Source: Lachnospiraceae bacterium (lineage in GTDB: Bacteria > Bacillota > Clostridia > Lachnospirales > Lachnospiraceae). From it: DNA of 64,000 nucleotides. The notes under the pieces were generated by a model. That model saw only the letters and a list, made by a program, of their open reading frames with translations. It did no database searches and was not told the DNA's origin. The translations under genes were made by a program, and so were the position numbers. The stretch spans positions 530 through 64,529 of the forward strand of contig JAFXQX010000001.1 of NCBI GenBank assembly GCA_017526745.1. Reading direction: 5' to 3'. How positions within the stretch are numbered: the stretch's first letter is position 1; each line of letters begins with the position of its first letter. Positions 38,398-46,423 of this stretch are shown here, piece after piece.

Positions 38398-38601
38398 CTA
38401 CTGATTCCTTCGCTGCTGGTACACCAGCTTGAGGAGTTCGGAATTGTTAACTTCGCGCTTCGTTTCGGAAGCTTCCGCATTGGAACAAAAATCTGCTCCC
38501 GTGGGAAATGCAAGCCCCTTTTCGTTGTTGCACATGCATATCCCCTCGGGATTGATATAGAAATGTTTGCAGTTACTGCATGTAATGATGTCCCTGTACA
38601 T
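38398..38601 (-). CDS. Cys-rich small protein (67 aa), possible zinc-ribbon
   Basis: An AAAGGG RBS lies 9 nt upstream. The cysteine pattern is CSNC-x11-CMC-x13-C. It lies 29 nt downstream of the PRTase gene on the same strand. Confidence 0.45.
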   Translation of the reverse strand: MYRDIITCSNCKHFYINPEGICMCNNEKGLAFPTGADFCSNAEASETKREVNNSELLKLVYQQRRNQ

Positions 38602-38630
38602 TATCGTAACCCTTTCAAACGGCAGCGGAT

Positions 38631-39272
38631 CTACTGCACTGTGGAATACCCGAATCCGTTACAGATCGCATCCACCGGAACCTGTGACTGGCATAAAGGA
38701 CAGCTGTCCGGGCGGTAACTTGCATAATCCGGAAGATCCTTGGTCGTGTACAGCGCCCTGATCGGGATATCCTCGATCCTGTTTGCGACAGAGAAGATGG
38801 CAGATATTCCGACTGTGGTCCCGCCGTAGAACCTGATGGACCCGATCGCACTCTTAAGTGTGCTTCCCGTTGTTGCCGTATCAATAAGAACAAGTACCTT
38901 CTTGCCTTTTATCATATGCTGGTTGTTCTCCCGGAACATCATCTGTCCGCTGGTGTTGTATTCGGGACTTGTTATATATATGGTCTTGTGACGGTTTGCT
39001 GAGATCATTCCTGCCTTTGTGAGCTTGTTGGCCATATATGCGCCGACAACCTCGGTTCCGTTAAGGCACAAAATGGTATCCACGACATCCGAAGCAAGAT
39101 AGAGGTCCGCAAGCTCCTCACCGGTGGCTCTGGCCTCGCGCTGCCTTGCCTTCATATCGCTAAGATCCATGTAGTAGTTGACGTGCGTATTGGGCGTGAT
39201 GAAATGCCCGGGAATGTACCGAAGTACCACGTCTTTGTTCTTGGAATGATCGATCTTTTTATAATCTTGCAT
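38631..39272 (-). CDS. phosphoribosyltransferase-family protein (type I PRTase fold)
   Basis: The PRPP-binding loop is KVLVLIDTATTGSTL. A C-terminal CPLC motif is present. Specificity cannot be assigned. Confidence 0.65.
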   Translation of the reverse strand: MQDYKKIDHSKNKDVVLRYIPGHFITPNTHVNYYMDLSDMKARQREARATGEELADLYLASDVVDTILCLNGTEVVGAYMANKLTKAGMISANRHKTIYITSPEYNTSGQMMFRENNQHMIKGKKVLVLIDTATTGSTLKSAIGSIRFYGGTTVGISAIFSVANRIEDIPIRALYTTKDLPDYASYRPDSCPLCQSQVPVDAICNGFGYSTVQ

Positions 39273-39367
39273 CTTGTTTCCTCCTGAAAATATTTCGATA
39301 GCATTATAGCATTATTTTCGCCGATGCACTATACTGTTTAAGGAGATTATCTGACCGGAGGCGGAGG

Positions 39368-40075
39368 ATGAAGATAATACTTGCGCTGGCTCTGACGCTT
39401 GGCGCACTTGTTGCATGGCACATTCCGATATTTAAGAAGAGAAGAGGGGTCGTCCTTACAATGTATGCTCTTGGGATGATCGCATTTTTTGCCGTCTACA
39501 ATATCCGCACGATGGATCACATCATCAGGTTTTGCCATCCCACCAACCAGATCGTATATCAGCCGGAGTTCCTGGCGACAGGGGAATATCCGGATGCTTT
39601 TCTTGATGAGTTCCTGAAAGGAAAGACCGTTTATACGCCCAATGACGCATTTGATACGGCACGCGCAGACGAACTGTCGGATGAACTGGGCGATTACTGG
39701 CTTTATTACTGGTATCATGCCGTCAATATGTGGAACTACCTCCTGTTTGACCATGCCACGGTCATTAAGGACGATTCCCTGAACGGATTCATTCTTTCCG
39801 AAGAGAAAAAGTCATACTACGAGGATCTTGGCCCTGCCAATGATCTGATGCGCTACACGTTTGTGCTGACCGATATCGAAGATGAGGTCGGAAACGGGTT
39901 TTATTTCTACTGGTTCTACAATTCCTTTATAGGAGATACGAGGGTTTATGTATGCCCGGAAGGGATGGAGGATGCCGGGGAGCTTGTGGTGCTGTGGCAG
40001 CATATCGATGACCATGATACGGACAGTTACTATATAGCCGCAAAGCCCTTTTTTGACGAGGTGATAGCAAAATGA
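39368..40075 (+). CDS. membrane-anchored hypothetical protein (235 aa)
   Basis: Two N-terminal TM helices are followed by a Tyr/Trp/Asp-rich soluble domain. A GGAGGCGGAGG RBS precedes it. It is translationally coupled to the next gene by an ATGA overlap. Confidence 0.5.
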   Translation: MKIILALALTLGALVAWHIPIFKKRRGVVLTMYALGMIAFFAVYNIRTMDHIIRFCHPTNQIVYQPEFLATGEYPDAFLDEFLKGKTVYTPNDAFDTARADELSDELGDYWLYYWYHAVNMWNYLLFDHATVIKDDSLNGFILSEEKKSYYEDLGPANDLMRYTFVLTDIEDEVGNGFYFYWFYNSFIGDTRVYVCPEGMEDAGELVVLWQHIDDHDTDSYYIAAKPFFDEVIAK

Positions 40076-41622
40076 GCTCACTGGCTGCATTCATAAATGA
40101 ATATATAGCCGGTCTGTCGGGCATATACTATGTCAGACAGCTTATTGCGGCAGTTCTGCTGTTTGTTTTCGGGGCGCTTCTGACCGATCTGTTTGTAAAA
40201 GATGAGGTCTCATGGCTCAAAAGAAGTGTTCTTGCCTTTCCGTCCGGTATATCCGCATTTGCCATAACCGCATATGCCATGCTAGTCCTTCGGATACCGT
40301 ATAACAGTATAAGCGTTACTGCCGTCATTTCGGCAGAGGCGGCCGGAGCAGCACTTGCACTTGCCATGTCCAAAAGGACGGGACGGGTCGGAAAATACAG
40401 AAGGCATATGATCATCACGGCCGCAGCTGCGATTGTCATCGCAGCATTTGCCGTATCCGGCATCACGCCGGTTTCGATATCCAATGATACAATGTATTAC
40501 TTTAAACGTTATCCCGATGCGATCGTTTACTATGGCGGACTCCGCGACCAGTTTGACTTTTTCCTGACGGATACCGGTCTGGGGGTTGTAAGCCTTGACA
40601 CGCTCCCTGCGCTTTTCGGATTCGGTGATACGTTCGGGATCAGGGAATGTTTTCACATCAACTTTTTGCTGTTCTTTTTTGCAACCGTACAAGAACGCGC
40701 CCAAAAACACCTTTCCTTAAAAGACTCCTATGTATTTGCCGCTGTTGTTACAGCGACTCTTGCGACGGCAACCCCTTTTGTCATACTCGGGCACTGGGCG
40801 CTTGCCAATATGTATTTTATGGAACTGTTCTTTATCGCAGCATATACTGCGATGGATCACGAAGCGGATGCAGCGGGCGCTGCTTCGGTAATGCTTGTTG
40901 CCCTCGGTCTTCTTCGGATCGAGGGGACGCTGTTTGTCATATGGCTGATCGTCTGCGTCTGCGCCTATACCGGGGCAGGTAAGATCATGGCTTCACATGT
41001 CGTGCTTCCTTTGGGGATACTGTTTGGTCTGTACTGCCTGAACGTTTTTGCAAGATTCTATGTTCTTGACAATATGTACCTGTTCCTTTCGCCGGTCAAG
41101 GCGGTGCTCATCATATGCATGATGATCGGCGCCGGAATATATCTGGCATTTATACAGAACAGACTTCCGGATAATATATCACGGCATCTTTCTCTTATAT
41201 ACATCGGAGCACTTCTTGCAGGAAACATTGTTCTGGCCCTTTATGATGGCACTCACTACTTCGGTAATCTGGCGGCATTCAGGGACAATCTGTTCAGGCA
41301 GAGCGGATGGGGAATGTTCCCTTATCTTGTGATCGCATCCTCTGCCTTTCTGATTTTCGAATGTGCAGTGTCCTGTTTTACGAAAGCAAACAGAAAGTAT
41401 CCTTCGGGTTTTGCCATAACGCTGGCTGCGGGATTTTTACTGATCGTTATTGCGGCTTCATTCGGAAGGGGAGATCTTCTAGCTGAAGATGTCGGGGACT
41501 CGGGGAACCGCGTTCTTCTGCAGATCGTGCCGCTTATCGTAATGGCTCTTGGCGAACAGTTCCTGTATGTTTTGTGTTATAATCATGTAGACGGGGAAAC
41601 CGACGGAAAGAGAGGGGATTAG
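40072..41622 (+). CDS. polytopic membrane protein (516 aa, ~13 TM), function unknown
   Basis: Hydrophobic throughout, with no recognisable catalytic motif. Its size and topology are compatible with GT-C or polymerase-like enzymes. Confidence 0.5.
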   Translation: MSSLAAFINEYIAGLSGIYYVRQLIAAVLLFVFGALLTDLFVKDEVSWLKRSVLAFPSGISAFAITAYAMLVLRIPYNSISVTAVISAEAAGAALALAMSKRTGRVGKYRRHMIITAAAAIVIAAFAVSGITPVSISNDTMYYFKRYPDAIVYYGGLRDQFDFFLTDTGLGVVSLDTLPALFGFGDTFGIRECFHINFLLFFFATVQERAQKHLSLKDSYVFAAVVTATLATATPFVILGHWALANMYFMELFFIAAYTAMDHEADAAGAASVMLVALGLLRIEGTLFVIWLIVCVCAYTGAGKIMASHVVLPLGILFGLYCLNVFARFYVLDNMYLFLSPVKAVLIICMMIGAGIYLAFIQNRLPDNISRHLSLIYIGALLAGNIVLALYDGTHYFGNLAAFRDNLFRQSGWGMFPYLVIASSAFLIFECAVSCFTKANRKYPSGFAITLAAGFLLIVIAASFGRGDLLAEDVGDSGNRVLLQIVPLIVMALGEQFLYVLCYNHVDGETDGKRGD

Positions 41623-41717
41623 GCGTGGAGACGATTCTTGCGATCCTGCCGGTACGTACACAGAGATGGAGCATATGTTAAGGAAGCGCCCCCAAGGGGA
41701 TACGAAGGAGAAACCCG

Positions 41718-42134
41718 ATGCTTAAGGATGTGTATGAAAAATACTATTACGAAGGAAATTACAACTGTGCGGAAACCATTATCCGTGCGGGAAACGAATA
41801 CTATGACCTGGGACTTCATGACCGGGATATGATCGCCTTCGGAGGTTTCGGGGCGGGGATCCAGACTGGAAATACATGCGGGGCTGTCCTTGCAGCCGTA
41901 TCGGTTTTGTCCATGAAGTATATTGAAAAGAATGCTCATGAAAGTAAGGATATAAAACCCGTAACAACGGCGCTTATCAGGGAGTTCAACAATAAGTACG
42001 GATCCATACTGTGCAGGGATATCAAGCCCTTGTCGTTCAAACCCGATATCAGGTGCAAAAACACCATAGAAGCGGCCTGCGATATATTGGAACGGGTGAT
42101 CGCGGATCACGAGAGCGGGAAAGAGGTACAATGA
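41718..42134 (+). CDS. C_GCAxxG_C_C family protein
   Basis: The segments YNCAETIIRAG and GNTCGAVLAAV and the later Cys residues (ILCRD, IRC) fit the family signature. Confidence 0.7.
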   Translation: MLKDVYEKYYYEGNYNCAETIIRAGNEYYDLGLHDRDMIAFGGFGAGIQTGNTCGAVLAAVSVLSMKYIEKNAHESKDIKPVTTALIREFNNKYGSILCRDIKPLSFKPDIRCKNTIEAACDILERVIADHESGKEVQ

Positions 42135-42730
42135 TCTCCACGGTTATGATACAACCCGTCGATGACAGGGAGATGTCCTTTATCGACGATGAGATCGCAT
42201 CAATACGTAATATTTACGGGGCTGATTTCCGGCTGGTTCCGGTAAGGGTCGATAACTGGAATGACGACCTGTCACCGTGGGAAGCACCGCCGGTGTTCGG
42301 AAGGGAAGGCTTTGGCGGAGGCGCCGCCGGGACTCTTGCGAGGATCGCCAAGATCACATGCGACAGGTCGTGCAGGTATATCATAGGCGGCTACTCGCTT
42401 GCGGGCCTCTTCGCGATATGGGCCGCATATCAGACCGATGTTTTTGCGGCAGTTGCCGCAGCATCCCCGTCGGTATGGTTCCCGAGCTTTGCACAATATG
42501 CGGCGGACAGCGTGATCAGGACAAAAAAGGTGTATCTGAGTCTCGGGGATACGGAAGAAAGAACAAAAAATCCGGTCATGTCCACGGTCGGAGACAATAT
42601 AAGAGCAATACACTCGCATTTACTGGACTCCGGTATAAAATGCACTCTCGAGTGGAATTCCGGTGATCATTTCAAAGAAGTAAGGCAAAGGACTGCGAAG
42701 GCTTTTGCGTGGGCGGCTTCCGATCTGTGA
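42131..42730 (+). CDS. alpha/beta hydrolase (putative esterase)
   Basis: The ATG at 42131 overlaps the upstream stop in an ATGA. The nucleophile elbow is GGYSLAGLF. The ORF-track start at 42011 lies inside the previous gene. Confidence 0.6.
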   Translation: MISTVMIQPVDDREMSFIDDEIASIRNIYGADFRLVPVRVDNWNDDLSPWEAPPVFGREGFGGGAAGTLARIAKITCDRSCRYIIGGYSLAGLFAIWAAYQTDVFAAVAAASPSVWFPSFAQYAADSVIRTKKVYLSLGDTEERTKNPVMSTVGDNIRAIHSHLLDSGIKCTLEWNSGDHFKEVRQRTAKAFAWAASDL

Positions 42731-42749
42731 TATCAAACGGACATATCCT

Positions 42750-43634
42750 GTGAAGAACAAGACTGCAAATCAATACTTCATGGAACGATTTTCGTGCAAG
42801 GTGTACAGGATAGCCTTGGACGCCGGATTTACCTGCCCAAACAGGGACGGGAAGATCGACACGAGAGGATGTATCTTCTGCTCCGGATGCGGATCCGGAG
42901 AGTTTTCCGGAAACAGGGATCTTGGTATAACCGAACAGATAGAACGCGGAAAGGAACTTGTCAGAAACAAGATGCCCAAAGAAGGCGGCAGGTTTATCGC
43001 ATACTTTCAGGCGTTCTCGGGGACTTATGCGCCTGTTGGCAGACTGAAGAGCCTCTATGAGGAAGCAGCGTATCATCCTGATGTGGTAGCAGTCGCTATC
43101 GCGACCAGGCCTGACTGTCTGCCGGATGAAGTGCTGGATCTGCTGACCGAGATAAACCGCATCAAACCGGTTTGGATAGAACTCGGTCTTCAGACCATTC
43201 ATGAGAAAACGGCCGAATACATCAGGCGCGGCTATCCGCTGAGAGTTTACGATGATGCGGTAAGAGCACTGACACAAAGAGAAATAGAGGTTGTTGCGCA
43301 CATCATACTCGGCCTCCCGTTCGAAACACGCGAAGACATGCTAAAGACTGCGGAGTATGTCGGATCGCAGCCCATATCCGGGATCAAGATACATCTTCTG
43401 CATGTGCTAAAAGGAACGGATCTTGCCGCCGAGTACGCACGGGGAGTATTCCGCTGCCTTTCGATGGAGGAGTACACGGATCTTGTTCGTGACTGCATAA
43501 AACTGCTGCCCGATGATATAGTGATACACCGGATGACCGGTGACGGGGCCAGACGTGATCTTATAGCTCCCATGTGGAGCACGGACAAGAAAAGAGTGCT
43601 CAACATGCTAAATGAAAAACTGGCCAATATCTGA
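42750..43634 (+). CDS. radical SAM protein, TIGR01212 family
   Basis: The segment KVYRIALDAGFTCPNRDGKIDTRGCIFC matches that family. The start is ambiguous between TTG 42705, GTG 42750 and ATG 42780. Confidence 0.75.
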   Translation: MKNKTANQYFMERFSCKVYRIALDAGFTCPNRDGKIDTRGCIFCSGCGSGEFSGNRDLGITEQIERGKELVRNKMPKEGGRFIAYFQAFSGTYAPVGRLKSLYEEAAYHPDVVAVAIATRPDCLPDEVLDLLTEINRIKPVWIELGLQTIHEKTAEYIRRGYPLRVYDDAVRALTQREIEVVAHIILGLPFETREDMLKTAEYVGSQPISGIKIHLLHVLKGTDLAAEYARGVFRCLSMEEYTDLVRDCIKLLPDDIVIHRMTGDGARRDLIAPMWSTDKKRVLNMLNEKLANI

Positions 43635-43670
43635 TGAATAAGGCGTTCACAAAGTTTTCACATTATCTGT

Positions 43671-43697
43671 TAGCACTCACGCTTGACGAGTGCTAAC
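43671..43697 (+). promoter_or_regulatory. CIRCE operator (HrcA binding site) upstream of hsp20
   Basis: TTAGCACTC-acgcttgac-GAGTGCTAA is a perfect match to the consensus. The arms extend to 12 bp (CTGTTAGCACTC / GAGTGCTAACAG). Confidence 0.9.
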
Positions 43698-43712
43698 AGA
43701 TGTGGTATAACT
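43684..43712 (+). promoter_or_regulatory. sigma-A promoter overlapping the CIRCE element
   Basis: TTGACG (inside the CIRCE spacer), a 17-nt spacer, then TATAAC. Confidence 0.5.
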
Positions 43713-43789
43713 AGATCAGAATCAAAGAAGAGGACGTCCGGAAGGGCAGTACAGCCTGCCCGGCGGATCGATAAAAGGAGGAATGACTT

Positions 43790-44227
43790 ATGATGATGCC
43801 CAGTATTTTCGGAGAAAACTTATTTGACGACTTTTTTGACAGTGTTTCGAGACCGATCAAGGCCTTCAGACAGCCGGCGATCCCCCAGGTGATGAGAACC
43901 GATGTCAAGGAAACGGACAAAGGCTTCATGCTTGATATCGATCTTCCCGGATATAAGAAGGAAGACATATCCGCAGAGCTTAAGGACGGATATCTTACAG
44001 TCAGTGCCAAGACTAATGAAGAGCACGAAGAGAAGGAAGAGGACGGAACCTACATCAGAAAAGAGAGGACGTTCGGAAGCTGCTCGAGGAGCTTCTACAT
44101 CGGTGAGGAGATCGAGGAGAATGAAGTCAAGGCCAAATTTGAGGATGGTATCCTGAAGGTATTCGTACCGAAGAAGGAAGTTGCGCCTCAGGTTGAAGAG
44201 AGAAAGTATATTTCGATCGAAGGCTGA
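43790..44227 (+). CDS. Hsp20/alpha-crystallin family small heat-shock protein
   Basis: The alpha-crystallin domain reads MRTDVKETDKGFMLDIDLPGYKKEDISAELKDGYLTVSA...FEDGILKVFVPK. Confidence 0.9.
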   Translation: MMMPSIFGENLFDDFFDSVSRPIKAFRQPAIPQVMRTDVKETDKGFMLDIDLPGYKKEDISAELKDGYLTVSAKTNEEHEEKEEDGTYIRKERTFGSCSRSFYIGEEIEENEVKAKFEDGILKVFVPKKEVAPQVEERKYISIEG

Positions 44228-44263
44228 TCACCTTGCTATAAGAACCGTGTTGGGTTTATAATC

Positions 44264-44293
44264 GAAGGCGTCGGTTGCCGACGCCTTCTTTTT
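44264..44293 (+). terminator. intrinsic terminator after hsp20
   Basis: GAAGGCGTCGG-ttg-CCGACGCCTTC followed by TTTTT. Confidence 0.85.
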
Positions 44294-44314
44294 ATGAACA
44301 AAGCGAGGTAGGAG

Positions 44315-45283
44315 ATGCTGTATTCTATATTTAAGTTTGGAACATTCTGGTGGATACCTGTCGCAGGCGTTCTGTTTGCTTTTTTTTCTACCATCATCCT
44401 TATGAAAGCACTTGCACCAAAACTCCCACACGACAAGGGAAGGGCATTTGCGGTCGAAGGTGCCCTCTCAAAAGGAAAGGTAAGGGGCGTGGGGATAGTC
44501 TTTGTACTGACGTTTACAGCCACAGCGCTGCTGTATGATGTCATGAGTCCGGAGAAGATCGTGTACCTGGTCGTTATCGCAGCCTGCATGCTCACCGGAT
44601 ATTTTGATGACGCATCGGAGAAACCGTGGAATGAGTATCTGAAAGGTGCGCTCGATCTGGTTCTTGCGATAATTGTTGCGGTAACTTACCTGTACTGTCA
44701 TGGAAACACGTTTCTTATCATGTATCCGTTTTCGCTTTGCCTTACGATCCCGTATCCGCTGGCGGCACTTCTGATCGTGATCCTGGTCTGGACATCGATC
44801 AATGTAACGAACTGTACGGACGGAGTCGATGGCCTGTCATCAACGCTTGCGATCATCACGCTCGGAAGTTTTGCGCTCTGCATGAAAACATCCGGCAATA
44901 TATTTGATATCCTGTTCATCGTGTATTTCATAACGGTACTGGTCGCTTATCTGTGGTACAACTCCAATCCGAGCAGCATGCTTATGGGAGATGCCGGAAG
45001 CCGGGCGATGGGGATGATGATCGCGGTCGTAACGCTGCTTTGCGGCTATCCGCTTTTATATATCCCGTTCGCGCTCGTGATGATATTTGACGGAGGACTC
45101 GGCCTGCTGAAGGTCGCTCTGCTTCGCTTTCTTAAGATAAAGATACTTGTTAACGTGCGCTGCCCGCTTCATGATCAGGCACGCAAGGTAAATGAATGGT
45201 CGAACACGCAGGTAGTGTTCCGCTTTGCGGTGATACAGTTCATCATCTGTGCCCCGTTTGTGCTGATGTTTGACGTGTTCTGA
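44315..45283 (+). CDS. MraY/WecA-family (GT4) polyprenyl-phosphate sugar-phosphate transferase paralog
   Basis: The family motifs are GYFDDASEK, NVTNCTDGVDGLSS and MGDAGSRAMG. The MraY HHH motif position reads PLHDQARK. Confidence 0.65.
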   Translation: MLYSIFKFGTFWWIPVAGVLFAFFSTIILMKALAPKLPHDKGRAFAVEGALSKGKVRGVGIVFVLTFTATALLYDVMSPEKIVYLVVIAACMLTGYFDDASEKPWNEYLKGALDLVLAIIVAVTYLYCHGNTFLIMYPFSLCLTIPYPLAALLIVILVWTSINVTNCTDGVDGLSSTLAIITLGSFALCMKTSGNIFDILFIVYFITVLVAYLWYNSNPSSMLMGDAGSRAMGMMIAVVTLLCGYPLLYIPFALVMIFDGGLGLLKVALLRFLKIKILVNVRCPLHDQARKVNEWSNTQVVFRFAVIQFIICAPFVLMFDVF

Positions 45284-45323
45284 CCTGTTGGAACTGTATT
45301 ATTTACGAAAGGATGGATCAAAA

Positions 45324-46421
45324 ATGACAAAGGTGGATATTATCTCCGGTTTTTTAGGTGCCGGAAAGACTACGCTCATCAAGAAACTCATAAAGGATGT
45401 GTTCTCAGGTCAGCAGATAGTCCTTATCGAGAATGAGTTCGGCGAGATCGGGATCGACGGCGGATTCTTAAAGGATGCCGGAATAAACATCACGGAGATG
45501 AACAGCGGCTGTATATGCTGCTCGCTCGTGGGTGATTTTGCGACTGCTCTCAAGAAGGTCGTGGATGAATATCATCCCGACAGGATAGTGATCGAGCCTT
45601 CGGGAGTAGGCAAGCTTTCCGACGTGGAAAATGCCGTAAGAAACGTTGCCGGCGAGGCGCAGCTGGAGATCGCAACCGCTACTGCGGTCGTTGATGCCAA
45701 GAAGGCCAAGGTGTATATGAAGAACTTCGGAGAGTTCTTCAACAACCAGATAGAGACAGCAAGATGTATCGTTCTGTCGCGGACACAGGATGTCTCCGCG
45801 GATAAGCTTGACGAGGTTGTAAAGCTTGTGAGGGAGAAAAATCATGAAGCCTCACTTATCACCACCCCCTGGGACGAGATAGACGGCAGCGTGATCTTCG
45901 GCGCCATGAGCGATGCGAAGGCACTCGAGCATGAACTGGAGCATGAACACGAGCATCATCATGAGCACCATTATGACGAGAACGGTGTATGTTCGTGCGG
46001 ACATCACCATGGAGATGATCACGACCACGATCATGAGCATGACCATGAGCATCACCATCACGACCACGATCATGAGCATGACCATGAGCATCACCATCAC
46101 GACCATGATCATGAACATCATCACCATCATCACGATCATGATGCGGACGAGGTGTTCACAAGCTGGGGTACGGAAACGGTCAGGAAGTTCGACAAGGCAG
46201 AACTTGGTGCCATGCTTGACAAGCTTGCTGATTTTGGCCAGTTCGGCCAGGTTCTTCGTGCAAAAGGCATTGTACAGTCGACCGATGGCACATGGCTTCA
46301 TTTTGACATGACGCCGGGCGAAAAGGAGATCAGGGAAGGCTCTGCCGATTACACGGGAAGACTGTGCGTCATTGGCTCCGGGATCGATGAAGATGCGATA
46401 GCCGGGCTCTTCGGGGTATAG
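45324..46421 (+). CDS. COG0523/CobW-family G3E GTPase (metallochaperone-type) with a long His/Asp/Glu-rich insert
   Basis: Walker A is GFLGAGKTT, the CxCC motif is GCICCS and a CobW_C-like end is VLRAKGIV. The ~70-aa insert reads HELEHEHEHHHEHH...HHHHHHDHD. The ATG at 45324 follows a GGATGGA RBS. Confidence 0.85.
   Translation: MTKVDIISGFLGAGKTTLIKKLIKDVFSGQQIVLIENEFGEIGIDGGFLKDAGINITEMNSGCICCSLVGDFATALKKVVDEYHPDRIVIEPSGVGKLSDVENAVRNVAGEAQLEIATATAVVDAKKAKVYMKNFGEFFNNQIETARCIVLSRTQDVSADKLDEVVKLVREKNHEASLITTPWDEIDGSVIFGAMSDAKALEHELEHEHEHHHEHHYDENGVCSCGHHHGDDHDHDHEHDHEHHHHDHDHEHDHEHHHHDHDHEHHHHHHDHDADEVFTSWGTETVRKFDKAELGAMLDKLADFGQFGQVLRAKGIVQSTDGTWLHFDMTPGEKEIREGSADYTGRLCVIGSGIDEDAIAGLFGV
46022..46140 (+). 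repeat. 39-bp in-frame tandem repeat inside the His-rich insert
   Basis: CGACCACGATCATGAGCATGACCATGAGCATCACCATCA is present twice without mismatch (46022-46060 and 46061-46099). A degenerate third copy follows. Confidence 0.95.
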
Positions 46422-46423
46422 AA

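Noticed and set aside
45294-45308. A Zur-box-like sequence CTGTATTATTTACGA upstream of the COG0523 gene.
   Set aside because: Only the right half (TTTACGA) matches the Firmicute Zur half-site. The left half matches at 3 of 7 positions as an inverted repeat. That is too weak to call.
46022-46140. Regular short repeats that might be mistaken for a CRISPR-like array. The same applies to the repeats at 3566-3680.
   Set aside because: Both sets are in-frame coding tandem repeats (a His-rich tract and an Ala/Pro/Glu linker). They have no spacers, and no cas genes are present.
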